Notes: generated by a model not told the origin, from the sequence alone. 64,000 bases of DNA from Tubiluchus corallicola (GCA_030141605.1 JAQGDQ010000245.1:248001-312000), one strand, 5' to 3'. Numbered from the stretch's first letter, positions 50,151 to 64,000 are shown. Program-made: numbers and translations.

Positions 50151-53100
50151 TCAAGTATGTCTAGCAATTTCAAGTATGCTGCGAACTGTTTTCTCATCAG
50201 CATATGAATGGAGGTAATCTGGTACAGATACAGAACCACTTAATTTTGTTCGGTGATTGCGAAACGTCATCGCAGAATCATGAGTTTTGCGGGCGGAACA
50301 GTGGAATTCCCGAGCACTACTTCCTTCCAAGATTCGTTCAATGTTACGATCTGTGACTCCACCAGCTAAAAACAAAATTAACTTTCAAAAATTGCTGCTG
50401 AATTAACTTAAAGCTAATATTCCGTTTGTGTAATAACTAGCATCTTGCTGGTACAATAACTATGGAAATACTTTTATAAATAAAATTTTCAGTCAAATAT
50501 TTTATCGAATCGACTGTGATAAATATTAGTAGTGATGTCCATTATTCTTGTGCATTAGCGCTTTGCACTCAGCACTTGCACCGTGGAGATACCTGTACCA
50601 GAAGACGCAATCTGTTTTGTAAATCCACTATAAATAAATAAAGTTTAAACTATAAAAAAGGCATTTTGCATATAACAGTTTTTTGAAACTCAATTACCTT
50701 TGTTTCACTATACTCTCTGGAGCAAGTTTTGAACTTTTAACTATGTAGGTAGACTTTAAACTTCACCTGGAACAATAATGATCCTATCTTCAGCAAGAGC
50801 AACAAGTTCACATATAACAGGTAAACCATCAAGAGCAGAAATGTCCTGACCGCTGGTCAGCACTCGTTCAAATCCCAGCCGTATCAGAGTACTCAAGGAA
50901 GATTTATAGTCTGCTGTCATATCAAAAGCTGAAAAACCAATGAAGCAAAGTTTGAAACTAGTGTAGTGTATCAAAGCACAAGCATGATAGGCAAACATTA
51001 TAAAAAGAAGTGTGTACTTAGCCTAAGAAGAGCAAGCCATAACTCTGTATGCATTGCACAAAATATCTTACAAATTACAAGTATACTTGAGCAGTATTAG
51101 TGGACTTTTACTGACCCCTACATTGATTTAAATTGTTTCTTCCAAATATGCTTTAGAACTTCTTTTTGTCATTTATTTGCTGAAACAGAAGCAACTTGAG
51201 ACAAATTTATAACTTAATTTCTTTTTAAGATGTAATCAGATATGCTTACTTATAAAAAGCCCTTGTTAATTTGCCCTAATCAGGGCAAATGCACATCAAT
51301 TACTAACCAATGTTTAAATAAATTCAATTCAATTCAAATTTTTATTTTGGTATTTAAGACCATATAAAATACAAATGCCAAACAGTTAATAAAATACAAT
51401 ACAATACACTGCAATAAAAACACAAAATTATATACACAGGATTAGTAAATGCAAAAGCTAAAATAAATTTCAAGAAACTAATGATGTAATAATTCATTCC
51501 ATTTGAAAAGAAACCAAGAGTTGACAAAGATACATATGTGTTAGTAAAAGCAGTTATAATGTCATTGCCAGGGTGTTGTAATAACATCTTGTGAATGATA
51601 TAACATGATTTTCTGCGAAAGTGAATAAAGATCCACCAGTGTCAGTTTCATAATAATTATGTCAGCTTAAAAAACTTCCAGAAGCAGACTTCAAGGAATT
51701 TAATATACCTACCTTTCCATGTTTAAAAATGAAGATTTGTTTAAATTCACGAAAGCAGTTAAGTAACAGTTAAAATAATTCTGCATTGCTAAATATGGAC
51801 ACTATTTGCATATACTACTTATTCACTTTAAAGAATGTACAAGCTTTCCAATGCATTTTTGAGCTAAGAAAACAAAAAATTCAAAGGCTCTACATCTTTT
51901 TGCAAAATGCTTGTTAAAAGAATCGAAAGCACAGTACAGCTTATTGGTAAAAGTGAAGCAAAAGTTGAAACACGAATAATTTGAAGTAGCTTTTTAAGTT
52001 ACCTCGATGAAATGTCACTGGTAAAGGCCGTGCAAGACCTATAATAACAGAAAACAAAAGCCCATAAGTTGATGGGAACTACAAAGGTAAATCCAAAACA
52101 TTACAATTAGAGTAGTCCAATGTACTACAATAACAGAATACGGTTTGTAGTTTGTACCTAAAATGATAATGATTCTCTGTCTATAAAAAGTAAAACAAAA
52201 GCATGAAGATGAAGCATGTCAAACTTAACTCAGCTGTTGAGTGTTTTAAAACCTACTCACACCTCTTTATCCTGCCTATATTAAGGCTGCAAAAATTGTT
52301 GGTGTTAAGCGACTTTGGCATAACTAATAAGTTACATTAATACATGGAATTCTATGCAAATACAGACATTTTGTTTTGCCAGAAATTTGGGCATTAAGTG
52401 AGGTTGGCATTATAAAAGGGGTATTATAACAAAGTTTGGCTAGCTATTCCTAACAGCATACATCTGCAAATTAAATGATAAAAGTAAACGAAGTAAAAAA
52501 TTAAAATATTAAATTTCACAGAAGATAATTTTGCAGGTTTGTAATTTCAATTAATGAACAAGATATAACTATAACACATTATTGTTCCATTCAACTTTAA
52601 TATTACCATAACTATACACATTATTGTTTCATTCAACTTTAATCTTACCAATCATGTCTTTACACCGCTGTTCATCAACCTTGCCATCCCTAAAATTTGT
52701 ACACATATTTAAATCGAATGACGTGTTGTGCATTACATACAATTCAAAATTATCAGTATAAAGCAATGAAGCCTTAATTTTTTACTATTTTTCATTGAAA
52801 AGCAAGATCACGTTTAATATGTTCTGCATTTATTAGGAAAAGATTAGTTCTCGGCTTAGCAGCAAAATTTGAATGTCAGCAGAAATTCATTGAAATGTTT
52901 GTTCAGTACAGGGACAGAGTTAGAGCAGATGTTTAGTGGATAGATAAAGTGTTGTCATAATTATGGACTCATCCAACCAATTAGTAACCAGAGCAATTAA
53001 AGCTTAACTGTCAAGGAAATCGGCCCTGAGCTAAACCACGAGCACACACGCCACCCAAACTTTGCAAAAGCTGCAAGCACAGACTGTGCTAAAATAATAA

Positions 53101-55886
53101 TAGTGAATGACGTCTAAGTACTAGCTGTTAAGTCTCTATAAACCTACCGAGAAAGAATTCCAAATACAATTCCATCAGCCCTGTTCTCTTTGCAGCATAT
53201 AATATCAGCTTTCATTACTTCAAGCTCTAAATCTGTATAGAGAAAGTCTCCAGCTCGTGGTCTGATCATAGCAAACACGGGAATTTGTACTTTCTCTTTG
53301 ACTTTGCGTAGTAAGCCTATAGATATAAATTATGAACTCAGCACATACAAAGTTGCATGCAAGTGACAAATTATAAAGCAAAGATAGGCCAGATAGATAC
53401 CATAAAATACACAGTCTCATAGTAAAATGTTGTTCAAAATCCACTTAAATAACAATATCAAGCTGTTTTGGTAATTTGGCAATAGCATTGGCAACTAATG
53501 ACTATTTCACTATCATGGTGAAACTCAATCTTACTGGTACATCTGAAAGTTTGCATCAGTAATTTTGCCTATTTACATAGTAACAGTTAAATATCAGTTA
53601 ATAGGAAGGATACCTGTTAATAGCATTAGTGCTATTGATTTTGGCAGTAAATTTATAGCCATTTTAGTTTTAATTAGGCTCAATTGTTTTAGCAAGGTTT
53701 TAGTTCGAGAAAGACATCAAAGTATTTGATATGGTTGGGACACAAATTTCTGAATTCAACATAGTTGAACATAAATTTGTTCAGCAGTAAACTGTATTAT
53801 GTAGATATGCCATGTATTACCTTACAGCCATGTCTCCTTCAGTCAGTCAAGCAGTCCAATGACCAACTAACTAGCATGAACATCTGGCAACAATGTCTCA
53901 CTCTCTAATAATTGCAATATTTGTCCACATATTCAACTTAACTGCTATTTATTAGTAAACCTGGTATTGCTTATTACTTATTAGATTTCACCAGCTACCC
54001 TTCTTTAGGCAGCAGGTATTGAATTGATCATAATCAGGAATGGTGCACAAATAAGAATAAGCAGTTCTGCAAAATTAAGTGTTTCATAATTTTATGCACA
54101 AAAATTTATCCAAAAAAAACAACAGTCACAATCCAACAAACCTCATGTACCACATTTAGTCTTGTTTTTTGATAAAATTCTTAAACTAGGTCTAGCGATG
54201 CTTACCTACACTTGGTGTAAGACCGCCTTCCATCAAGCTGGAACAAAGTTCCAATCTGGTAGCACCTGAAAAATTTCATTGATTAATCAAGAATTACTAA
54301 TAGTGCATTCCATCATCTTAATGAAGGAAACAATAAAAGGTAAAAAGTGATTAAACACACCTATACCTGTTAAATTTTTGAAACCAATCTTGACCGAAAT
54401 GAAACAAATATAAAAGAAAAAGACAAGATTGAGCATAGATTCAAATTAGGGATCAGCAAATTTAATGTAAAACAGAGTTCTGACACAGAAAATATGTAAG
54501 CATGTAAGCAGATAGCAACATTCCTTATATATATATATTGAGACAAATTGAGACAGGACAATGAAACAAGGCACGTTATAACATAACGGGCACAATGAAG
54601 TTGGAATGCTACTGGAAATCAAACTTGTCAAAAGTGCTAGCAGTTCAATCCTTTCTACAAAGAGCTACATGGCATGCTATATTTAGTATATTAGAAAAAA
54701 TATTTGAAAATAGCATTAATTGTCTGCAATATTAATCATCATTTTGTAAATAATTTGTATACGGCTACAGTGAATTTTTGCCAGCTAAGTGTTTCAACAA
54801 ATTTCAGTTCACTACAAAAGCAAAACATTCAACCTTGTTAATATAATTTTCCAGATTTTGATGAGAGAATGACGATTAGAGTCCAACAACAATAATAAAG
54901 TTAAAATTTTGCAATGAAGATAACAGAATTATAGCAAATACTAGTTTAATTTAAATACAAAAAGTTCTCAGAAGCCTAAACCAGTCATTTATTTAGCCTA
55001 TATGAACTTTCTTAATTTCAGAATTTGAAGCAAGGCGTAAAAAGTTATTGCAACAACAAAGTGTTACTTATATGACCAATATTGTTAGCAGAATTTTTGA
55101 AAGGTATTAAAAAGCAGAATAACTGATATATTTGAAGAAAAACTAGACAAATTTCAGTGTAGAGCGAAATTTAAGCGCACCTAATCATCTTCTCACAATA
55201 TCATCATTCTTAAACTATAAGTATGCAAATTAAACAAATTAAAACTTCTCGTGTGTGGTGAAAGACTTTTTAGAAGTATATTATTCAAAACTTCGAGTTT
55301 TATATGGTATTCTTTGATATAGAAAAATGTTTTCGGGTGACAATCTTCATAAAACGGTTGGCAGGTCTGTTACTTTCAAGTTGCATTTCGTTTTGAATGT
55401 GTTGTAATTTGGGTTCAAGTGTTTCTCACAGTAAAGAATCTGCTTTTTCTTCAAGGAAATTTCTAAACACCTCCATAATTAATATCTTCCACAACAGGCT
55501 CCCATGCACTGTCTAACTTACTTTCAATAGTATTCAGATTTTTTCAAGTCATGCATTATAGATGGGTTTGTTTCCAATAATGCATTATTCGCTTCTTCCT
55601 CTAATGATGTAAGCCTATTTTGACTAAAGTTGCTCACATTGAATGGGGCCATCTGCTCATTTCTGTGGTATGAAGCTAGAGGAATCACCACCAAATGTAC
55701 ATTTATGTTGTTACATCAAGTTTAACTTTATTTATTTGTATCATTTACAAGCTCTAGCCCAGTTAAAGCAGATGTAAGATAACGTTTGGTTATAATTTCC
55801 AATAACACCAAGGCAAGCAGCCGAATTAGCCTACCTCCCTTTTCAGCATTTAGTGCTGATTCGAGTGAATCGACGCAGACTTCCAT
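50151..55886 (-). CDS. CUTC: Copper homeostasis protein CutC homolog, ~244 aa
   Basis: Exons 55835-55886, 54206-54265, 53148-53316, 52649-52689, 52003-52038, 50767-50928, 50151-50365 (sum 735 nt). Motifs: MEVCVDS, RLELCSSLMEGGLTPS, MIRPRAGDF, TFHRAFD, RVLTSG, EFHCSA. Confidence 0.95.
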
Positions 55887-58498
55887 ATCAACCATTTTGT
55901 TTCGTATTTGGCGAATCGAACAATTTATCTACAAACAATATTGAATTGCTAAAAAGTAATTACGGAACCGTTATTAAAGATTTTAGGAAACACCTGACGC
56001 CGCGTGAGGTAGCGTATTAGATAAGAAATAGCAGAAATCTTTCAATAAAGCACCGTGTTTTGTAAATGTGGGAAGCTTTGGCGACCGTGACGTGACCCTA
56101 CTGGACACAGAACATTTTCAAGTTGTATTTCAAATTCTATGAAATGTTAGCAAAGCCACATGTGTGAGGAACTCAACGAACTCATGCATTAGTACTTCTT
56201 AAGATAGCAACAGAAGCAGACTCAGGTGATGTGGTCCATTATGTGGATTTGCTAGCAAAATGGAAAATCTGTGCTGTCTTTTTAAGCAAAATTGGACTGG
56301 ACTTGCTACAAGTTCGCTCGTAAAATATTTTACGACATTCAGATGATTTAAAACAATATTGATCCGAAGATTATTGTTATTGCCAGTGAACAGATTTTGG
56401 CACATAATAAAACAAGCATCCAATAGTCAACGACAAGACCTGTCACTAATGTTGTGACAGGATTATGATCTTGCCAACGATTTACAATAATCTCCTAACA
56501 TGGGATAATTACTGGACCACTGACAAAGGTTTTTTAGTTATGTTCGAATTCGTATACATGTATACCATGGCCAGAGCAGTATGGCAGACAGCTGTCTCTC
56601 TTGTCCAGCACATATTAGGATATTATCTTTATTTGGTGCTGATTAAATAAGTGATTTGATTTTACAGTTATCTAAAATTTTGCAGAGGTTAATCACAATT
56701 CAGCACGTATCAGTGTATTGTCTGAATCTTAATGATCCTTGCTCAGCAGGAACACCAACGCAGCATTTTCCCGTCATTGTGACGAACATGCAGTGTTCAA
56801 TTTTGGTCATGTGTCATATCCATGGTGCATATCATCTGGATATCACATTGGCAGCTATAAAGTCTTTAATCGAGATCATGTACGGTCATGGATAGATGTG
56901 CGGTCATTCATTTTCATCAAACATTATAATATAAATCAACTCCTGTGTAATATGAAGTTAAAACCAATAAAATCATTGACAAAAATTTGTAAAATGATAA
57001 AAATAATGATAACGATAAATGATATAAGTTTTTTGCACAATCGCTTGCATTTTTATTCCTTGCCGGGTTCTTTTATCAGAATTAATTAATTACTCCTTTT
57101 TGACTTCTTTTTACCTGTAGAATTGGTTTCTGGCGAACTTTGTCCTAAGTGACTAAGTCGCATGCTGGACATAGTGTAGTCATCGGTTGTTCAGTGCTTT
57201 AGCGATTGGGTTACTTATTGTGTAAACACTGTTGTTTCTGTAGTCATCATGTTGCCGTGTAAACGCCGCCCAGTTAGTTTGGTGCCGTAAACGCAACTGT
57301 TAGCAAGCTGTTGCTGTGTGTCTTATAAGCACTTACTTCGTTAGCTTTTCTGGTTATTTACACGCCCAATTGAAGACCACGCCGCTCATCATGTCTGATC
57401 CTGATTTTCGTACTCCTGAAGGGATATCCTTGGTTCATTCTGAGTCTCCTAGAGCCTCAGTTCACAAATGACTGAAGTTCAAAAGACTGCGAAGTCATGG
57501 TTGTTGCAATTCGCGAAGTATAAAAACTTTAATGCTATTAACTATATAAAAAAGAAAAACCTGATTGTAGCTCTTGCCGTGATTGACCATTGGGTATTTG
57601 AGACGTTAATTAATTCATTATTTTGTCCAAATTTTATTTGGCAGCATAAACCATTAAAAAGAAACATATTTATAACATCAAGCACAATATACAGGCAATG
57701 ACGTTGTTTTGCAGGCAAGACAAGACACCTGCGTAATCTCTGCGTAAATCTGCGTAAAAATGAATGTCTAAATTCAAGCTAAATGATTGTTCCTCAAATG
57801 TCTGCTGTATCTAACCGAATAAAAAAATATCGCGTAGAAAAAAATCACTTTATCTTAACATACATTTGTTTTCACTTAATTTTCTTTGGATGGACATTAT
57901 TGGCTCGCTGGTAAAAATTAAGCGCAACCTGCTCTTTACAGTATTTTTGTTTTTGCCACATTTTAACAAATTTGCCCATACATGACAATCGTTCACCTGT
58001 TCAATATAATACTTTTCACATGCATGTGGATGATGTGATGATGCTTATTACATGAAACAGTTCTGCTTTTCAAAATAAATGTAAAACAATTACGGACTTG
58101 TTGCATTTTTTACTATATTGGATACTCCCGCAATGGTATCCTTCTAACGAGGCAGAAGCAAGAAGGCTATTAGTTCTGTATACATCATTTTTCTTTGTAC
58201 CTTTATCAAGACAAAAAGCAGAGCAAACAGTAAAGTTATTGAGGATAGTAATTACTGCCGCACTAATAGGCGTAACTTCTAAAAATGGGATTATCAAATT
58301 ATTATCTCTTTTCCCAATGTATGCATGATTCTTCATTGATGATCTTAGATGTGTTGTTCACGGCTTTAATGCATTTGAAAATATAATATTAATATCTATA
58401 GTGTGTATTAGCACTATACTATACACGGTGCTATTCTATAATTGCATAACACTGCATTGAAGCCACGTCGATTACTAGTGTGAGGTTTACTGGTGCTT

Positions 58499-60500
58499 TC
58501 AGGCGAAAACCGTTTTGATGCCGACGAACCAGAACAATCTGAAGTTTTTGACAATCGTCGCACTGAAATAATAAAAAAATGCTCTTAGAAATTCCAGTTA
58601 TTTGACGGTAACGTTCTTGGTATTACGATGTTGGCAGGTATTGTATCAAATGATGAAAGCTGGTTGTTATTCGTCGTCTATTAAACAGTTTAACAGGGTT
58701 TAAATGAAGTTTATTCATCTTAGTATACTATTACCACAAAAATAATTTCGCTTATCCTCTCGTTTCTCCGCCATGATGATTTTTTTTGTCATGCAAGCGT
58801 TCCATTTAAATTCATTTTACTGGAAAACAAAGACTTACTAAAATATTGTCGGTTCTTTGTAATTCTGGTATGGTGGTATCCAGTCTACTATGACTTCTGT
58901 TCTATGGCCTGCAGTATGGGAGACGTAATATCCACCAGTGGGACAGGCGATTACTCTAGCGAGTTGGTCGTCACCGTGTGACCAATTGCCAACTCTAACC
59001 GTAGCAGTTTCATCCCTAGCTTGAAGCATGAAACCTTCAAAATCGGCGCCAAAAAGCTTTACTAGAAGACAAAAAACACTTAATTATATCAGGATTACTA
59101 CCAATGATGCCGCAATTCTGCAACTAACTGAATTTTGAAGCCAAACTTGAAAACCCGAAACATGCTCCACGCTGTGTTCCTACTTTATTTTTCACATTTC
59201 TTATTTTTCAAGTTTGGTTTCAAAATTTAGTTAATTGCAGATTTGTAGCATCATTAATAATAACACGATCTTAAGATTAATTAACATTATTAGTTGAATT
59301 TCACAGGTCGAAATTAACCAAAATTAAATTATCTAATTAGCTTGAATCGCTCTAGCATGAGCGATCTTTGAAATACTGCTCGGACTAGCCAAATAGATGG
59401 TTGAACTTTGGCTTGTGATTCCTGAGGAACAAATAGCTAAAGGGTCATGGCGTTTGCCGGATTAGCAGAATGCTTCTGGTTCAGTTCTAGTCTGTGTTCC
59501 ACTTTTTCATATGTCCTGTTCCTCAAGTTTGGTTTTAAAATTAAATTAACTGTAGGTTTGTGCCATCCAAAAACATTTTATTGAACACGCATCCCCTGCC
59601 CGGTGCACTAAAAATGTCACGTATTCAGTGCAAAAAGGCGTTAAATCTTCTTGCTTAGCGATTCCCTGCCTTTACCACCATAGTCAGTCGTGGAAGCCGT
59701 TGCCCAGTTAATATAAACTAGTCCGGACTGCGAAGAATCGGTTACTTCTTTATTCTTTTGCTCAATTGCCTGGATGTATCATTTATAACGCCACTCACCG
59801 TTGTCACTGAATACGTTTTTCGTGAAAAAATTTAGAATGCGAAGAAAACCTATTGCGACGTAACAATATAAAAATTGTTACATGATGACGAGAACGAAAA
59901 CTACACTGGTATCACAGCGAAATAGGCATCTTTATAGAGTTATTTCGCAAGCGAGTAACCCAATAATAGTAAACTGTTGAATTCATAGTAAAGTAATTTA
60001 TTTTTCCATTTCATTATGTACCATCCAATTAAGTTCCATAAATTTAACTCTCTCACAAAATTATCCATTCGAGTGGTTATTTACAATTGTCTAAGATTTT
60101 AAATGGACTAGCTTTACCTGATTTGTGAATGAACTTTCTTGTAAAGTTTTCAGGTAAAATTCATTAGCAGCATGTAAATAACAATGTTGCTAGATGTTGT
60201 GGAGTGGGTTAATGTTATGAACAAGTAAAGGCTATTTATATAAATTTGTAAATTATAGTGCTTCACATTGAGTTTTAATATCAGCATTTTACCTTTTAAA
60301 TTGTCCCCAATACCACGTTCAACACTCACAGAAATTGGTGACTGTTGTGTCCTGAATGGAATCCGTACGTTGTTCCCACTTTGCCTGTGGTTCGGTGTCA
60401 TATCTTTGCAAGCTGACATTGGTGCAATATTTTTGTACCCAAAAGCAAAACTTGCCATTACAAAAAATATAACTAGAGCGTTCTTATTGTAACACGCCAT
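58499..60500 (-). CDS. Secreted single Reeler-domain protein (defense-protein-like), ~164 aa
   Basis: Exons 60293-60500 (signal peptide plus ACKDMTPNH), 58839-59061 (FEGFMLQAR, VGNW, C...VSHT, DWIPP) and 58499-58562 (ATIVKNFRLFW). Phases are consistent (495 nt). Confidence 0.88.
59103..59255. repeat. Fold-back inverted repeat (~51-bp arms) in the Reeler gene intron
   Basis: aatgatgccgcaattctgcaactaactgaattttgaagccaaacttgaaaa pairs with ttttcaagtttggtttcaaaatttagttaattgcagatttgtagcatcatt. A third, diverged arm copy lies at ~59490-59568. Confidence 0.85.
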
Positions 60501-63500
60501 CGTTAGTTTTTGGCACATTATTTGCATCTGCAACTGCAAGAAATTTCTAAAAATTTCGCAATGTACACTGAAGGGATTACAGTCTAAATACAGGCAGGGC
60601 CGACATGAGGCCTTGAAAGCCAATCATTTATATAAAATTTAAAATCTACACGACGCGAAAAGATTATTCATTTTCCCGAAAGATTATTAAATCTTTTGTA
60701 AGCTTTTCATCAACATTGCGTATAATGAAAGACTGAAACAGGTTTTTCAATGGCGGATCTAAGTGTGCTTACTAGGTGTTTGAATTTAAGTTTGAACAGT
60801 TTAACAATGCGTTTGTGTTTGTACTGCACCTATATTGGGTTGCCTTGCATTTATCTTGATTTAGCTGACAATCTTCTAATAGCGCGATGGTGTCAAACAT
60901 GTATGCCTGTTTTCCAGGTCTCACTTGCCATTTGAAGTTTAGCTGTTAACAATTTTAATATCAAATCTGTCTACCAACTCGCGAAACCATTAGTTAATTC
61001 GATTTTAAATCAGATAGCTTTATTTGCTCACGTGCAGCTTAAATTTTATAAACGAGCATAGGGCTCAGTATTTTGAACTCAAGGAATAGTAGTTATAGGT
61101 ACTATAGAGCGACTGGTACTATTTTAGTATTCAGCGATTGCAACGTGTATAGAGATTTGTTAACATAATATTTTATAACTATAAACCAAAATGACCTTGA
61201 CTTAAAAAATAAAATGTTAATGAAATAAAACGAATTGATAATGCAGTAAATGGTGAAACAAGTCTTTCCTCTACACATTGTCGTGTGCATTAATATTGTA
61301 GCATTAATGTGTATCATAAGTCTTGACGTAGCCATACTGTGTTAAGAACTTTAAAAAATTGCCATATAGTGGTAGAATTTTAAGCAAACTAATTTTCTTT
61401 CTTTTTCATTGGCATACTTTTCTTGATAGTAATACGTAGCGTTGAACATTTCGAGGTGCAGATAAAAAGCCGATAGCTTTTGTTTTCTTCAAGACGATAA
61501 TACAAATTAGTTCATTGAGTCAAGTTCAGCCTGCTCAGTTTACGAAAGTCCAAGCTTTCATATGTTCTACTTCTGAAATGGCCAAGGTCGTGACTATGGA
61601 ATTTGCACTGCTGTAGATAATTAAGAAAAGCACTAGCGAACAGAATTGAAAAGGCTCACAAACTATATTGTTTCGATGAGAATTTGCAGGTATGACATAT
61701 ATTGTAAACCGCAGAGTAAATTAATAACATAAGAATATTTTTTATCATATTATCTGTTGCGCTTTGTAAAAAGAAATCTAGTAAACGCGAAAACGCAGTT
61801 AACAAAAGCATGCGATGTGCAATATTTGCTGCTGCTAACGATTAGTTGCAAAACTGGATGCCAGGATATTTCCACTAACTTTGTGCAACTATTTACTCTT
61901 CCAAGGAGAAAACTTGTTAACAGCTTGAATTGATTTTAAAGCTAGTTGCCTATGAGCATTATATATGTGTGTACGTAATGCGAACGGGGTAAGTACCCGT
62001 ATCTATTTAACTTTCCACTTAACAGAGGTATAACTGTGTTCCCATACACATATAGAGGACCAGGAAATTTACCCAGGAGCCGTGGACGCCATCCCTAGTG
62101 TAATTACGCCCCAGCTCATGGCTTCTCTCGTTTACAAGGCTTTCGTGGTGGTATCGGGCAACGTTTGGCAAGTGTGAACCGTGAAACACTGTAGTGTTTG
62201 TTGTGTATATAGCGTGCTGGCTTCCCATAATGAAACTTGTGGACTAGAAAAACAAGTGTATTGTCTGCGGAAGCCAGTTTATTTATTAATGATGAACCAT
62301 TGCTTCGGTTGAAGTATAATGCGGTTTGTACAGAATACGCACGTTTATTTCGACGGTGTACACGATATGGTGTAAAAACATGTGTGGAATATCGTTCCTT
62401 TTAGATTATTCTAGTGTACCACGTGATCTCCATCATGCAGAAGATGCTGTTTATTAACGACATCTGCTGTAGTGAAGGGTAAGTAGTCCGAATCTAAAAT
62501 GCTATGTCTGCATTGTATCACTAAAATGATGAATACGGCTTCAATTGTGTTTCTAAATGTTAAGTCGACGTTGATTTACAGTGATTAAAATTTTCCTTTT
62601 GCTGAAATCGGTATTTCCAACTTTTTTTAAGGGTTTCAACCAATCTCAGTTCAACGTACCACACCAGTCATTTATACTACAAGGTGTTAAAGTGAGAACT
62701 TGTCACTTTTTCCCAATTTCGGTTTTTGCCACCTAGTGAGGTCAGGTCAGTCGATTCGGTCACAACTCATATCATTCAATTCGGCTTATAGAAATTCTCA
62801 TTTGACACATTACAAGCCACTGTTACTCGACATTCGAAACATTGGTGTCTCCAGTTTCCCAGAAAATTTCTCAAGCGCACGTTGTCTACAATAATCCATT
62901 TATTAGAACATGAGGCCACCTAGCCACCTGCCCACGAAAGTAGACAGAAAGACTACGCTGTGATGGCTGTTGGCATCGGCCCTTGAAAAACACGACGAAA
63001 AATAGCAGCATACAAGAGCAGTTGCGATGATTGATCATGTTGTGATGATTTTGTAATGAGCACTGCGACACTAACCCAAACCGCTCCATGCCGCTATTCT
63101 TGCGTGATTTACTTGAAGCACTTGATGAAGCCCTGCGCTAAAATAATTCAAATTGTTATAATCTTTAAAGAGAATCAAAAGAGAAGCCGCACAGTAATAG
63201 ATAATGGTGAAGGACTGCTGAATGTATATAGCAAGAGTGTCGCTTAAGGGAAAACATAGGTATCTTATAAGCCTCTGATAACAGAGTTTTAAATAAGCAA
63301 TGGCTAATTCAGGCTGAATTTTTTAATTAATGCTTATTCAACACGTAACCCTGCATTTTTGTAGATGCCTATATCTTATTCAAGATAAATGCATTTTTCC
63401 AGCATTCAGAGGGAAATAAATAAAAACATAATACTTATTACTGATAGACTACAATTTAAAGAAGGGTTAGTTAGTATACACTTTGCGCACAAACAAGGTC

Positions 63501-64000
63501 ACTTGTGTGTCGGTTTTTTCGAAACGTTTAGTGCGAATTTTGTCAATAGATTCGTAACCCAGACTTGGCTTTGGTAAAAACCTGATAATAACGCCGTGAA
63601 AAAATGAACAATGTAAGATAAAACGCTAAAAGATGGTTAAAAATTCTCATTGCCTAATGCCTATATATGTATATATATGATAAATTACTAAGTTGGTTTG
63701 AGAGGGTTGGAGTAAATCCTTGATTTTCTTCAGTTAAGCAAGTGATGCCTCAGCAAGGGCTTGTCCTTTCAAAGATCAACTCTTCACTGTTAGTCACATC
63801 ATGCATCATGCAGCCACTATGATTTGCACTGTGATGAACCTGCACGACTTTCGTTTGTGAGACTAGAACGACAGGTTGATCTGACCTCTGAACTCAAACT
63901 TTTCTTTTTTAATCATATAAGCTTAGACATTACAATGTCAGACGAATTCGTGAGTTATTTGTCTCTCAGTTTTTGCATGAAAGATTCTTCTAAGACCAAA

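Noticed and set aside
55340-55700. Coding-looking minus-strand stretches in CUTC intron 1
   Set aside because: In-frame stops, no family motif, and not needed for the CUTC frame. It shares agacctgccaacc with ~14087, suggesting repeat debris.
56656-57089. Overlapping 79- and 116-aa plus-strand ORFs
   Set aside because: No motif, an AT-biased tail and no phase-consistent exon chain.
60501-60623. Upstream extension of the 157-aa ORF 60150-60623
   Set aside because: The signal peptide starts at the Met at 60500; the upstream residues and the part below 60293 (intron) are not supported as coding.
62216-62278. Possible SECIS element (ATGA...AAA loop)
   Set aside because: It lacks the 3' GA of the kink-turn quartet, and no UGA-containing selenoprotein gene is evident upstream.
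62886-63247. Short ORFs near the window end
   Set aside because: No recognizable protein features or supported splice structure.

Overview
AT-rich, intron-rich genomic DNA from an invertebrate animal; it is not prokaryotic, and I see no CRISPR, rRNA or tRNA. I assembled six spliced genes by hand from splice sites and reading-frame phase: COX15 (-, last exon outside the window), condensin subunit NCAPG (+, 22 coding exons, one GC-AG intron), the SRAP-domain AP-site protector HMCES (-), a GT7 beta-1,4-Gal/GalNAc-transferase (-, catalytic domain in one exon), CUTC (-), and a small secreted Reeler-domain protein (-). Introns and intergenic DNA hold decayed CR1/L2/RTE LINE fragments, many MITEs (hAT, Tc1/mariner-pogo, Kolobok-like, others), fold-back hairpins and short tandem duplications. 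The most notable observations: COX15 and CUTC (head-to-head in human) are linked here and one inversion would restore that pairing; a mirrored motif cluster with a young nested hAT MITE sits at the COX15 5' end; HMCES has a candidate poison exon; and the NCAPG and HMCES 3' ends probably overlap. I found no convincing evidence for a wholly new biological system. All gene models are manual inferences without transcript data.
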